Shown: positions 23,623 through 36,583 of the stretch, in pieces
Layout of the letters: each line of letters starts with the position of its first letter
Position numbering within the stretch: position 1 is the first letter of the stretch
Source: Lobosporangium transversale
Lineage: Eukaryota
Length of the DNA stretch: 47,646 nt
Assembly (NCBI RefSeq): GCF_002105155.1
Contig: NW_019029017.1
Coordinates: 372,001-419,646, forward strand
Reading direction: 5' to 3'
Notes under the pieces: model-generated
Told to the model about the DNA's origin: nothing
What the model saw: the letters and a program-made list of their open reading frames with translations, nothing else
Databases searched by the model: none
Translations under genes and position numbers: made by a program

Positions 23623-25462
23623 TTAGAACTTGAACTCTTCAAATGCAGATCCGGCGAGGGCTGCTTGAATTTCGGCAGCATTCTGGGAATTGGGGAGCGC
23701 TGGGAAGCCATCTGCAGATACCTGGTTTGGTGCTGATGCAGAAGAGACATTAGCGACTCCAGAAACTCCGGTGGTAGATACGGCTCCGGCGTTGGCATTG
23801 TTGTTATTGTTATTGCTGCCACCTTTGTTAATGATTTCAACATAGTTGCTAGGGAATAAGCCCATCTCACCATTTCGAAGACGTCCGCGCCACCAAAGAG
23901 ACTCCTGACCCATAGGATCCTGTCGGCTCAAAATAGCGATAATGTCACCACGTCGGAAGCCCAACTCTTGTTGTGGATTTGAGGGTGTGAAATCATACAA
24001 CGCACGGGCAAAATCCAAACTCTGGGGGTTGACTGCTGCTGAGGTTGAAGTGAAAGCTTGTCCTTCTTGACCAGGTAGCATGCCCTGCTGCTGCTGTGGC
24101 TGTGGGCTCCTATTGGAAAGGGCACGAATCAGGCGGCCCATAAGATATGGCAAACCAAAAACGGCGAGCAAGAAAATGATAATCGGCCTCTTGGAATATC
24201 TTGGTTGAGCTTGGAACTCCTGAAAATTGCCCGCTGTCAATTCTTGAGTGTTGACTGGCTGCTTCTTACCGACAAGACGATACGCGAGACTCTTAGCCCA
24301 TCGAAGAAGAGCAAAAATGCTCAAGACCTGTCCCAAATATCCACGCAGATGACCAAATTGCTCGGCCACACCTACCATGGCCATAAATGACGAATGCGTC
24401 GCCATAAATGTTGACTCGAGCATTTGAGCAAATCCTCCAAACGCACCCACAACAGATTCAATCAATTGGAACGTCGGGGCAGTTCCTTGCTCCATGCGCT
24501 GCATGAGCGTCATCTCTTCTGGCCCCATAGGGCCATTCATACCATTCATACCATTCATACCGTTCATTCCCATGTTCATCCTGTTCATGCCATAGCCATA
24601 GCTTGAGCCATATCCACCATAGGACGAGCCGTATCCTCCAAGCGATGAGCCATACATGCCACTACCGTACCGCGAATAGGGCGAGGAGTATGAAGAACCA
24701 TAGTTAGAGCCATACCCCATGCCCATTCTGTTATAGGGCGAGGAATAGCTTGAACCATAACTTGAGCCGTAGCCGGTCATTCCATAGCCAGTAGTTGCGT
24801 AACCAGTGCCGTAGTTGTTCATGCCTTAAAAAATTGAGCAGCAGTCAAAAAAAGAAGAGGCAAGTAATGAGAAGAGAGATGAGAAGAAGAGAGAAGAATT
24901 AGAGAATTGTGAGATATGATAGGTAAGAAGGAGGTAGAAACAAGAGCAAGATTAAGAAAAGTTGAGAATGAAAGTGAAAACAAGTAGGCAAAGCGATCAG
25001 TCTGGAAAAAAGTGGATATTCTGTGGGTGACTTCGGCTCCGGCTCAGATAATTCGCCGCAACAAAAAAAAAAAATTACAAAACCGCACTAGTGTAAAGTG
25101 GCAGTCAGTCAAGTAGACATGCCCCATTCACACTAACACAAAACTGGTCGTCATCAAATGACCAATGAAAGGTTTTCATTCCAATTTGTTACTAGTGCAA
25201 ATCAAATCATTTATAAAAGCTGAATGACAACTGTCAAGCCTGCATTATGGACTCGGACAATACCTGGTCTATATCCTGAAGTAGCCCCCATGGCGGTAGT
25301 GGTAGTTGGATTGCGGGCAGGCAAGGCTGGTGGACCGGAATCAAGAGAGGTAGTCGATGTAGTTGTAGCGGGAACTGAGGACGAGGCAGGCAGCGAAGGC
25401 AAGGGGGCGGAGGCTGCAGCAGGATTCGCCTGTCTAGCTCTTTCCCATGGTTTTTCTGGCAT
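23623..25462 (-). CDS. PEX13: Peroxin-13 (peroxisomal import/docking protein with SH3 domain). Exons 25462-25264, 24824-23623
   Basis: KPWE N-terminal motif, YG-rich region, TFQLIESVVGAFGGFAQMLESTFMATHSSFMAMVGVAEQFG, TM segment, SH3 FARALYDF..WWRGRLRNGEMGLFPSNYVEII. Confidence 0.96.
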
Positions 25463-25999
25463 TGTCAGTAAAGGATTAGCACGCAGGTGGAAGAGAGTGA
25501 ATAGAGAAGATATAGGTGCGTTTGATTATTGAAAGAGTGTGAACAGGTATGAAGTATGAACAAGTGTAAAAGAATGGGGTGGGAGTGAGGTGGGAATGGA
25601 ATTAGGGCTTAGAAAAAGAAAATGAGGGGGTGTTTAAAAGTATAAACGAGTTCTCTTTGATCAGGCAGAGGTGATGGTGATGGTGATGGAAATAAGGAGA
25701 GGGAGAGAGGAGCTTGAAAGAAAGAAAATAAAAAATCTGCTGTTCAGATATTGCAGCATCAGACCTTGACTCTGTTTGACGGAATTTCGTCGGGGAAGTA
25801 TGGAGTGGCCGATTGGGTATCTTTCACATGGGAGAAAATCTCTCACATGACATGTCAGAAACATTTCCAGACTAGGATCGTTCCAAATTCAGTAATAAAT
25901 CCTGTTAGTGATACAACCTGCATTTTGCTTCTTGATAGATAGCACCGACCTCAATACCATGCCCTAGACTTGTTTATCCTCGTTTCATTTGTTAATGAG

Positions 26000-28150
26000 T
26001 TTATTTTACCAGAGCCTAAAAAGTCATTGAAGCTTCAACGTTGGCCGCGTATTTCGGATTCTGCAATAATATCTTGAAGTTCTCCGTCAATAACAAATGC
26101 ATGAGGATTCCTCATGTCTATGATGCCCCAAGGTGATGGTGGCAATAATGCAACTAAGTATTGAACCACAAAAATAAAAGAGAAAACTAAATTAGAGATG
26201 GAAATTTCGTTGGTTGTGGCAATAAAGAGAATGCGTGCTTTCAAGAAGAAGCGCATGCAATATAGAAACGAGCAGCCGCAAAGCGACACGCTCTGTTCTT
26301 TTACGGCTACCCTCGGCTCTTCTTCTCTCCGGGGAATCCGCCTGATGAAAGAGATGAGCATCCAAAGCCTTTGTGGACCAAATCAAAAGGTTTTATGGGA
26401 TCTCTATATGATTGGCGATACCAATAAAGTGCAACTGGCCGCTATGGAGCGACAAACATCAGACAACCCTGTATGCCAATAAAGAAAAGCTGATATCTGG
26501 ACTGTACAAACGTCTAGGAGGAATCTCATTGTTACCAGCGGGACGCTTTGTAATTATTGAATGGCCATCTCATCTAACGGCGACACGTCTACTTGTTGAA
26601 GGATATCGAGCAGCGGCGACTATTCTATATTGCAAGTAATCAACCCTTACCGCCTTAAATCTTTCTTCGCGCGCCCACCCTCGCTACAGCCCCATCAAGT
26701 GGCTACTCTTCCAGCGTCAAGGACTGAGTAAGAAGACGAAAGTTCTCCACAATCCATCGGTCCAATTTCAAACGATCTTTCAACAATATAAGCAATGTCA
26801 TCGCAGTAAGATGAACAGCAGACAATGCAGAAATATGCCGCAAACGCCCGATAAAGTGCTTGTAATATATATATATATATACTGGTATATCATCGCAACT
26901 GTTGTCATGCGTTCGTAAGTACACGTTTAAGCACATCCACTGAACATTAAGTTTCAATCTTTCATATCACCCCATACAATGAAAGGGATCTTTTAATCTT
27001 ATTGTTACTGTGGCTCGCCTGTGCCTTAGACCTGTGTCGACTGAGGCCTTGCCACAGAAGTGTATCATAAGCGCCTGTATATCTTGAAGACATAACCGTT
27101 GAGTCTTCCCAGACAAATGTTAAGAGGCCAGTGCTACACTCTACAACCTCACAGTCGTACTTGGTACCAATACGGAGACCATTTCTACCAGACTGAGGTG
27201 TTAGATATGTATCCACGCATACGATGTCATTACAGATTTGACTAACTTGCGGACTACGTTCATATTGAGCTTCATGGCTATACAAACAACACAGAATAGG
27301 ACAAAGCGCGCCTTGACGGCATGATGGCTCTATTCCTCCACAGCAGCGCTACCAGTCTTGGCTAATACCCTGTACAGTAGTGACAAACTATCTATAGCAC
27401 TGATCGCCAAGCAATTGTTTTGGTTTAACAGTACCTATTTAATAAGCTTAATATGGCGTCAGTAGCAAAAGGAGCTGTTCATCCAGCGCGTCCTATATCC
27501 AGTCGAAAATATCGATCAGCATAGAGGATAACATACCAAACTGCCCTTACAGAGTTTGACGTCTACAACAAAGACTAGTAGAGGGAAGGATCTGTACCAA
27601 CAATCTGATATTAGATCTGTACCAACAATCTGATATTAGATCTTTTGTTTAATGCGTTCCAACTGTTCATCGTAGAGCTCAAGTGACGGCAACTAGAGAT
27701 GACAGCGACGGAGACGAAGATCATAAAAAGGATGTTAAGATTGTCGAAGAGGACGGCGACGGAAGGGCTCATTTAGCTTTGGTGGCACGTTCCTCAACGA
27801 AGACGAAACAAGAGTATCACCACCCATCACGAGGGTCATATCGCAACGGTTTATGTGCCAGTGGAGCACACGCTCACAGGTCCTTCGAGGATAACTCAAT
27901 GCTGTGCCGACTTCTGTGTACCTTCGCCTCCAGATTAAGGTATAGAGCAATCTCTAATATAAAGTGCTATTGTTTCGGAGACACGCATGACAATATCGAA
28001 CGACAGGGCTCAATGGTGTTTCTAAACTTGGGATATAGTTTAGAACTGTCTGCCAACAATAGTTGCTTTGGTGTTGAGCTTGACCCAGCTGAAAGGAACA
28101 CTATGGCAGTCATATTGATTGATCTAATCCCCTTAATCACACAGTAGAGT
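26000..28150 (+). pseudogene. Decayed coding-like island, possibly including a WSC-like Cys motif
   Basis: Plus-strand frames with protein-like composition broken by stops (DGNFVGC..*..GNPPDERDEHPKPLWTKSKGFMGSLYDWRYQ*; DHFYQTEVLDMYPRIRCHYRFD*LADYVHIELHGY). ORF 27683-28147 contains CRLLC...KCYCFG. Family not identified. Confidence 0.3.
27589..27643 (+). repeat. Perfect 25-bp tandem duplication (GATCTGTACCAACAATCTGATATTA)x2 plus GATCT
   Basis: Read directly from the sequence. Confidence 0.95.
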
Positions 28151-28380
28151 AAATGTTCAGCGTCCCAACCAAGAGTAAAGCTTTTATTTACTCTACGAGT
28201 CAGGATCATTGGAGCTTATTATTTTGTAATGCTGCCGAACTGGTCCAAGTGGGTTTGGCTTGACTTAGGAATCAGCAGTGATGCTTCATTCAAACATTGA
28301 TTGCTATTTGATAGTTTTTTTAAGCGGATGAAAGTCAAAGGAACACTTAGTCATACTCACAGCTCACTTGTAAGAAAAAA

Positions 28381-28412
<32 letters not shown>

Positions 28413-29622
28413 CGTTGTTAAATAATTATAACCCACTCTAGCAATTGTTATTAATATGTCAATTATCGAGTTCATCGTGTCGTACTTTGCTTTGTGCTTT
28501 CCGAGCCCATGTCCCTTTTATATAAATCCAAAATATATGCTGTTATCCTTACTTTTTTTTTACTATGCTCTACTCGGCTCTGCTTTTGTTCTATTTTCTA
28601 TTTATTATTGTTTCCTCTTCGAGCGTCTCTTGAAGGCTGCAGACATCTTATTAAACACATTTGGTTCTCATCGCCCCCACTGAACACATTAACGCATCGA
28701 CCACACATTTCTCTTTTAGTAAAGGAGAGGATCACAATTATTTTTCCTTCTTCCTTTTCTCTTGGCCATTACCATCTTTACTTCATCCTATCTCATTACA
28801 GTCCCCCTAGTGCTATTCTATCTTCATCTGTAATTTGTCTTTTATATTACATCCACAGAAGCTCTAAGCTCAATCATTCTCCAATTTGCCTTCTAAGGCG
28901 CCGTCCGACTTCCATCCCTGTCCTAGCCTCCGATACATGCGAGTAGGCCATTCAACTTTGTTTGAATTTTGGTATGTTTCCAGAATTTGCTTGCTATCAC
29001 ACGCACACATTCTTCGATAGCTGCCTTTTTTTTTTTTTTTTTTTCTTAATGTCATGAGCCAAGTCCTGGCAGTGGATTTCATTGATATTGTTATTAGTCA
29101 AAAGATGGGTTTGGGCACTCTCATTTTTGGATATTGTTGCTAATATCTTCCTTCCAATGGAAAAGCCATCACACTTTCCATAATGGAGCTTTTTCTTATT
29201 GCCATGTAAGACTGTAAACACGGGGTCTATTCATAATCAGTGTTTCCTCCTTGAAATATTGAAACGAGTACCAATGTGGCTCAAAATTATAGCTATAACC
29301 CTCTTTTTTTTATTTATTTTGTTCCGCGTACTTTTGTCATAGTATGCATGTTTGGACTCTCCTCCCTAAATCGGTTGTGAAATGCAATGCAATGTTTATA
29401 CAGTTTTACGTTGCTGTCTGTTTTTCCTATTTATGACTTTTTGGTAGCTGAGCTTAAAAAAGTCTGGCTCTTTGGGTAAACAAAAGCTCAAGTATCCTGA
29501 AGCATATTTTCCTGGATCTATTAGTTGGTCCATGGTTTCCACCCTTTTTTTACAAACTACCCTCTCCTTTAGCCCTCTTGTCCTTTTATCCTTTTTGCAA
29601 AACTCACATGCTAACTCATTTA

Positions 29623-29687
29623 TTCATTCCTTCATTCCTTCATTCCTTCATTCCTTCATTCCTTCATTCCTTCATTCCTTCATTCAT
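29623..29687 (+). repeat. (TTCATTCC)n tandem repeat, about 7-8 units
   Basis: Read directly; explains the spurious SFLHSFIP repeat ORFs. Confidence 0.95.
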
Positions 29688-30122
29688 CGTTTCCCTCTCA
29701 TTTCCTTCTCATCTTCTATTCTGCAAAGCACTTTCTAATTTGGTGCAGACGAAACCTTAAAATAAAGGGTCTCAAAGAGTGTGTAACACAACACAACAAC
29801 AGTCCAAAGATGATGGTCGTATTGTGAACCCTGAAGACAGCTTTGTGTTTATTACACTCCTTATTTTTATGCTTGCAGCTCGCTCACATCACAACTGTTG
29901 CCTTATTCTATGCTCTTCTACTCTAAATACTCACTTTTGTATATTTATCTTTGCCTCTTCTCCATATGCATTCACTCTCGCGCTTACCTTTTGTCGTATT
30001 CAATCTTCGCAGACAACAGTCAGGACATAACCACAGTATATAGTAATTAGCGGCAACATTACCCCCTCCTCCTTGTCACAACCCTTATCACATCTTTCTA
30101 AAAAAAAAAAAAAAAAAAAATC

Positions 30123-33100
30123 ATGGATATCTCACGCAAATGCTATTGTAGTCTTCACACCGAGAGCAGTAATACCAGTGTTGATGACATGGACCATGCC
30201 TCGGCAACTGTTGCATCTTCGGCCGCTTCGCTGTGCGCTAAACTACTTCTGAGTCAGGACCGGAATAATATCGGGTTTTTTCCGCCTCTATCAGGGGCCC
30301 ATCCTCACCAAAGACGTGTTCAAGGAGACAATATCGATGTAGTATTCCAAGAGACGCGATCTGTGGCAGAGACAGATGAGAGTCCTTCACGAGGCACATT
30401 TATGGCGATGAACGTCGATATGTATGGTAACCAGCACTACGAGGCAGAGGGCTCTGTTGTGCTCGCTGTATGCAGCTCCATATTAGAAAGCTGCTCGCTC
30501 CAGGCAACTCCCGAGGTACATTCCTCCATTCAATATGACTTTCCCCTTTCCTCCGCCATATCTACCAACTGTATAAACAACGTGTTACTATCATCTCTTC
30601 CTTCCTCTTCCTCTCCAAAATACACTGTACAACATCACAACCATAATCACTATTATCAAAAACACCTTCACCAACAATCACATCCACAGCATCCATACCT
30701 AGACGATTCCATGTCACTACACCAGACCTCTACCAGCTTAACCACTATCCCTCTAGCGGTCGAGCCCACACTTCTCACGTCCTTGCCCACATGCGTCCGT
30801 GCACACATGGGCCGGGACGGGGATATACTTCCGCCTAGTGATAGCGAATCCTCAGAAGTTCAGCTGGAGACCTTTGCGGAAGGTGAATTATTGGAAGCGA
30901 AGGTATCAAATAATAAACGCTGGAATTCCATATCCTCACACCATTATTCTACAACACACCTCTGTGGAACTGGCGCTCGCTGCTCCTCTTCAACTTTATT
31001 TGATGAAGCTCGCCCATTGTCAGGATATGGCTCATGGCCCAAGCCCGAAGGCTCTGACAGTCAGAAGCCCAATCTTGTCCTCACCCGTCCCATTTCAACG
31101 TTTGAGCCGCAACAAAATCAAATCTTCAATTCGTCCATGACAAGACAGAGTCTTGCTATTGACGATTTGAAGTTTCAAAAACACTACAAGAATCACCAGA
31201 GCCAAGATCATGATGATTCTGCCCTCAGCTCTACTGACCAAACCCAGACCGCAGGAGATAGCTTCATTACCAACTTGTATACCAATATTTCTGCGTGGGA
31301 TTCAACAACACAGCTGAAAGTACAGGCCTCGAGGCCTGTGCAATCTACTCCACGAAGCAAAGATTGCCAAAGCTTTAAAGATTCACTGCCTTTTGCCATG
31401 TCTACTGCGCCCTTGACTCCGACACCCGTAGATTTGGACAAGTCAGCCAAGAATTTAATGATCTTTAATCAAATCCCACGTCAATGGCCATCCTCACAAG
31501 AAACGTTGCGCCTTAACATTGTGGCTAAGGCAAACAAGAAGTTTCCAGTAGGTCCTTTTTTTTTTTTTTTTTTTTTTTTTTTCATTCACCCAAGATCCTG
31601 CAAGTTTCCTCTGACGAGTTTAGGCAAGGCTTAAGAGTAGCAATTTGAGAGCAAGATATAGAAGCTGAAGAGGGGAGAACAGGGGAAAGACCAAAGAGCA
31701 TTGATTCATGTTTAACCCACAAATAGTATTTTACCACATGATATGAATGGAGAGGATCTATCCATTCTCTGTTTTTGATTATCGATACTGGAGGAAAAGG
31801 GAAATGAATCCTAGTGATGCTATTCCAGTAATAGAACGTCTATTAGTATCAGTCCATTTAGTCTTTCTCAGTCTGTTTTATTTCTGAGATGAAGAGAAAA
31901 AGCCCCTCGTGCTCATTATGCCCTCTCCCCTTGACTAAATACCTTTTGCCTCACTGGTGTTCGATGCGGGTTGCATGATAAGGAGACTAATTTGTTATGT
32001 CTTCCCCTGATACAATCTTTATTTTTATTTTTATTTTTTTATCTTTACGGTTGCCAGGTTATCAGGAATCTTGATCCATCTACTGCAGAACGGATTGACC
32101 GCATTATCAGCAAAGAACGGCCACTGAGCAAAGCTGCAAAGGAGAGGGCAAGTATTTTATTTATATTCCTGACACACATTTCTCTCATCTTTATCATTTC
32201 TTTTTATTCATATCACGATCAATACCTAATCTCGTCTTGCATGGTTTTTTGATTATGTATCGTACAACAGCTTGTAGTGGAGCGGAAAGAGGCCGAAGCT
32301 GAGGCACGGGGCTTTTTTGATCCAGCACGCCGGTGGAAGGGTCGAGATGTATATCCTCGACCCTCAAACTGGGTCTATTGTCGTCGAGTAAGCCTTTTTT
32401 TTTTTTTTTTTTTTTTTTTTTGATGTTTTTTATTCTTGCTCTGATCCTTGAAAACCTCGTGACTTCTGGTAGACAAAAAACAACTGGTTTGACAAGACAA
32501 AAATTTTAATGGATCAATACAAGTTGTATAAGAGACATGTTCTTGGCAAGGGTCACCATGCAGACGTATACAAGGGTTCTGATCTGTTAACAGGCCAAGA
32601 TTTGGCCATCAAAGTAATCTATAAGACAGTGACGCGACGCCTAGGTTTTGTGAAAGAGGATCCTACGCAGCAGGCTAAAAACAGACGGCTGTTGAATGAG
32701 GCCTGGTTCATTGACTACTTGAAAGATGCAGTAAGTATCAGGTGTGTGTTTGCAATATGTCAGTCTGAATGGATTTGTCTTGAGTTATTTATTTATTTTA
32801 AATCGATATGATAGCCAGGTATCTGTAAGATGCTTCGCGTTGTCGAGACGGCAACAAAGTTCTATTTCGTGATGGAGCTTGCCCATTCAGACTTAAACTC
32901 ATACTCAAATGGCACTAACATGCGTGAGGAAGAGATTCGTCATATTCTCAAACCCATTTTTGAGTGTCTCAAGCATGCTCATAGTCACAACGTCACTCAT
33001 CGTGATATCAAGGTAAAGGCAGTTTGTGTTTACTTCTTGCTTTTCAACAATAAAATATATAAATAAACGCTGATCCTAGAGTTTAATTAATCCGCATAGC

Positions 33101-33577
33101 CAGAGAATATCTTACTGCGAATAAGAAAAGAATGGCTTCAAAATAATGATATCGCCACCCTCAGTTTAAACTCAAAGCCTAAAACCAAAGTCAACGGAAA
33201 ACAAAAACCTACTACTCCTCAAGACCTTAGTAATGATATCCCACACATATTTAGTTCTAATGATGGATCTAGTATTCCAAGTAGCATGCTCGTTAATGGG
33301 AGCCCAAGCATGGATATAGAAAAAACATCAGATTCGACGGATTCTTCAACGTTGTATAACCAAAACCGCCGTTTTGACGCATTCTTAGCAGATTGGGGAT
33401 TGGCCGTGGAGCATGATTGCAACAGTGGAAGAAAGCCTGTTGGAACACCATTGTATGCAGCACCAGAGGTCGTACGCAAAATGAAGAGAATTCGCCGCCG
33501 TGAATGGATCAACTACAGAGCCTGTGACATCTGGAGCTTGGGTGTGACCATGTTTGTCATGTAGGTTGTACAAGAGG

Positions 33578-33611
<34 letters not shown>

Positions 33612-33836
33612 AACTCACATTCTCCTGCTTTCATTTTTTTAAAAAGTGCTACTGGAAATTACCCATATCATATCCATGACGCAATCGAAGCCCAGTCTCC
33701 ACCGAACTGGGCTGCGCTCGAAGCATCCGGCATGTCGCAGGAGTACATTACGCTCACTCAACAGTTAATGAATCTGACAGCTGAGTTGCGACCTTCCGCC
33801 GCAGAGGCATGCAATGATCCATGGCTCCAGGGTTAA
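30123..33836 (+). CDS. Ser/Thr protein kinase (CAMK-like fold, DWG motif) with long disordered N-terminus. Exons 30123-31547, 32058-32147, 32271-32387, 32473-32730, 32815-33012, 33100-33560, 33647-33836
   Basis: LGKGHHADVYKG, LAIK, LLNE, FVMELA, VTHRDIKPENILL, LADWGLA, GTPLYAAPE, CDIWSLGVTMF, RPSAAEACNDPW. Introns join in frame; linkage of the first exon is inferred. Confidence 0.88.
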
Positions 33837-34074
33837 AAAGTCTCTTTATATACCAGTCATACTCATTTACTCGCATTAATGATAATCTAGCATTGTACTT
33901 TTATTAAATATTTTAATTGGGGTGGTGTAAAAAATGCCATCCATCTATTGTCTTAAACGTGGCGCGCAATCTTTATTCCGTAATAAATTCTATGCCGGTG
34001 CTCATAATATTGAGCTCCAAAGCCCTTAAAGTCTCTTTTAGACCCAGGCGCAGCTACTCTGAATAGCTACATTT

Positions 34075-36461
34075 TCATGCCGGAATACGTCCACGAAGGT
34101 ATTCCATTACGGCCTCAGTGCCTTGATCCATGATTTGACGTCTGGGCACTCTAAAAAGGTTTCCGTCGAGGCTCAGCGACTTGATACTCCTAACATTACC
34201 CAAGAGTGGAGGTAAAGTTCCAATCTCATTTCCAGACAAATCCAAGGACACGAGACCCTCAAATGATTTAGGATCAATGACTGCAATTTTGTTTCGGCTT
34301 CCATTTAAAGTCTTGAGTTTGGGGAAGGTCTTAGGTAGCCAGACTGGGAGCTCTGTTAATCTATTAGCTGACAAGTGGAGCTCGTTCAAGTTCGGGAAAT
34401 TGTTGAGTCCGATCACCTCAGCAGAGTCAGCGGCGGTCATTGTACTCAGGGATGTGATAAGATTGTCTGAAAGGTCAAGTTTGATCAATAATGGAAAGGA
34501 AAGTGCAAATGGGAATTCCGCGATCTTGTTGTGGTTGATGCTGATTTGGGTCAATGTGCGTCCTACAACCTCTTGCAATGTCTTTGGGAAGAAAGTAAGA
34601 GCATTAAAATCCAAGTTGGCAGTCTGGGGATCAGAGCAAGCCTCTTGAATTTCACCAACTGATAGTTCTTTAAGTGCTTTTTTCGCAAGGTTCAGATTCT
34701 GAATTGGTTTCTTGGATGCCGGCGTCGCAACAGCATGAGAAGAGGCTGCTTTTGTGGAGGATAAATGCGACGGCGCTGAGGCGGAGGATATCGCTTCTTT
34801 TCCATCATGCGACGAAGAGATAGCCATTGACTCTACCCGAACAGCATTAGCTAATTAGGAAATTAAGATAAGATTAGTACACAAGCCTTTTTTTTGTGAG
34901 TATGATGGGATAAAAATAAGATATTAGTTTTAGCGCACAAATAGGACAGAATCATACCAGATAATGAAGCCTCCGTTTCCTGACGCTGTTTTAAGAGCTT
35001 CATCAGAGCCTCCGTGGTAGTAACGTTGCGCGGCACATTGCGAGTAGGGTTATGCTCCCAAATGAATGTAGTAAGATCAACCATGCTTCCTAGCTCCGAA
35101 GGCACATGCTCCATCCTATTACCAGCCATGTCGAGGTGGCGTAAATCCGTGAGATCAAGAACGCCCTCAGGGATTGTAGTGAAGTTATTTGCCCGAACGT
35201 CCAGATGATATAGCTGAGGGGTTCCCATAAGAAGGTTTTCGATGCTACTCAGCATGTTCTGCGAAAGCATCAATTCCTTGAGGACAGGAATCTGGATTTT
35301 TGGCTTTGTAGCATTGTTCACATCGGTACCAATGTCTGTGATCCTTTCAATACATGAATTCCTTGCGTCCAATCTGGTTAGTGAGGGGAGGAGAATATCG
35401 TTTCCAACAGGTAATTGCTCAAAACCTGAAAAAAGGGTCGAAAGCTTGTTATCTAAAATCTCTAATTCCGTCAGCTTTGGCATTTGTGTCAAAATGTTGA
35501 TAGGCAGGCGCTTCAAGTTGTTTTTGGACAAGTGCAACTTGCGGATAGCTTTCAATTTAGAAAGTTCTTGTGGGAGTTCTGTCAATTTGTTGCCAGTTAA
35601 ATCCAGTATTTCAAGGTGAGAAAGGTTCCCTATGTCACTATTCAACGCTCCTGAGAGTTGATTGTTGGCGAGATGCAAGGTAACAAGTGTTGAGAGCGTG
35701 AAAATCACCGGCGGAATCACTTCAAACTTGTTGGACGACAGATTGAGGTTGACTAACCGCTTAAGCTCGCCAAATTCATCTGGTAATGTTGTCAACTGGT
35801 TCGTCCGAAACTATTCAAGAATGATCGGAAATAGTCAAAACATGTTCCTGAACCACGCTTTTTTTTTTTTTTTTTTTTTTTTTTTTTGGCGACGGATAAA
35901 TATTGAATATGACTTCTACCTAATACTTACATCTACAGTAACCAACGCTCCGAACTCTCGGATTCGGGTGTCAATAAAAGTAATTTTGTTGTCAGCGGCA
36001 ATTAGGCGTGTTAAATCCACGGCATTGTACCAAGCATCACCAGACGAGCTGAAGTCGACAACAACCGTGTCCGGATCGACATGATACATATTCCAAATCT
36101 CTAGTGGGACTTCTGTAAGATCTCGACTAGATAAATTCATAATACCTATAATAAGAATTGTGACGTCGTCATGGTACTATGATAAGCAAGTGTATCAAAA
36201 AATGTAAAAGAAAAAAAAAATGAAGACTTTCGTACCAGTCCCTTTGGCATTAGCAATCAGACTTCTAATTGACTTTTGTGTATGCCCCAGGATTTCCACA
36301 TCTGTCTGGCTTCTTGGAGGTGGAGCTGTCCTCTTAACACCAGGGACACCAGAACTCACGAATGCTTGACGTTCATCTTCGGCTCCCCCGCGGATAGCTT
36401 TTGATTTTGCAAGTTCAGCTCGGGCAGCGGCGATGGCTTCACGTACTGAAGGTCGGGACAT
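34075..36461 (-). CDS. LRRC40: Leucine-rich repeat protein 40-like, 4 exons (approximately 36461-36236, 36145-35929, 35810-34958, ~34831-34075)
   Basis: MNLSSRDLTEVPLEIWNMY, AWYNAVDLTRLIAADNKI, many LxxLxLxxN repeats, C-terminal LSGNEIGTLPPLLG..LDGNLFRVPRRQIMDQGTEAVMEYLRGRIPA. Confidence 0.88.
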
Positions 36462-36547
36462 GACAAAGTTTAATAGATATTCAATCTAATAGTAAACTGT
36501 TCAAGAGATTGTGAATGGAACAAGAAGGCAATGAAGCAGATTGAGAA

Positions 36548-36583
36548 AATGAAGAGAATGAAGAGAATGAAGAGAATGAAGAG
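36548..36583 (+). repeat. (AATGAAGAG)x4 tandem repeat upstream of the LRRC40 start
   Basis: Read directly. Confidence 0.85.

Noticed and set aside
24520..24820. Repetitive DNA in PEX13 (MNG and YGSS repeats)
   Set aside because: Encodes the known YG-rich region of Pex13; not an independent repeat element.
27589..27643. Direct repeat considered as CRISPR or LTR
   Set aside because: Only two abutting copies, no spacer, eukaryotic context.
29472..29760. ORFs with SFLHSFIP repeats
   Set aside because: Translation of the TTCATTCC tandem repeat.
34181..36084. Several plus-strand ORFs of up to 155 aa
   Set aside because: Antisense shadows of LRRC40 exons.
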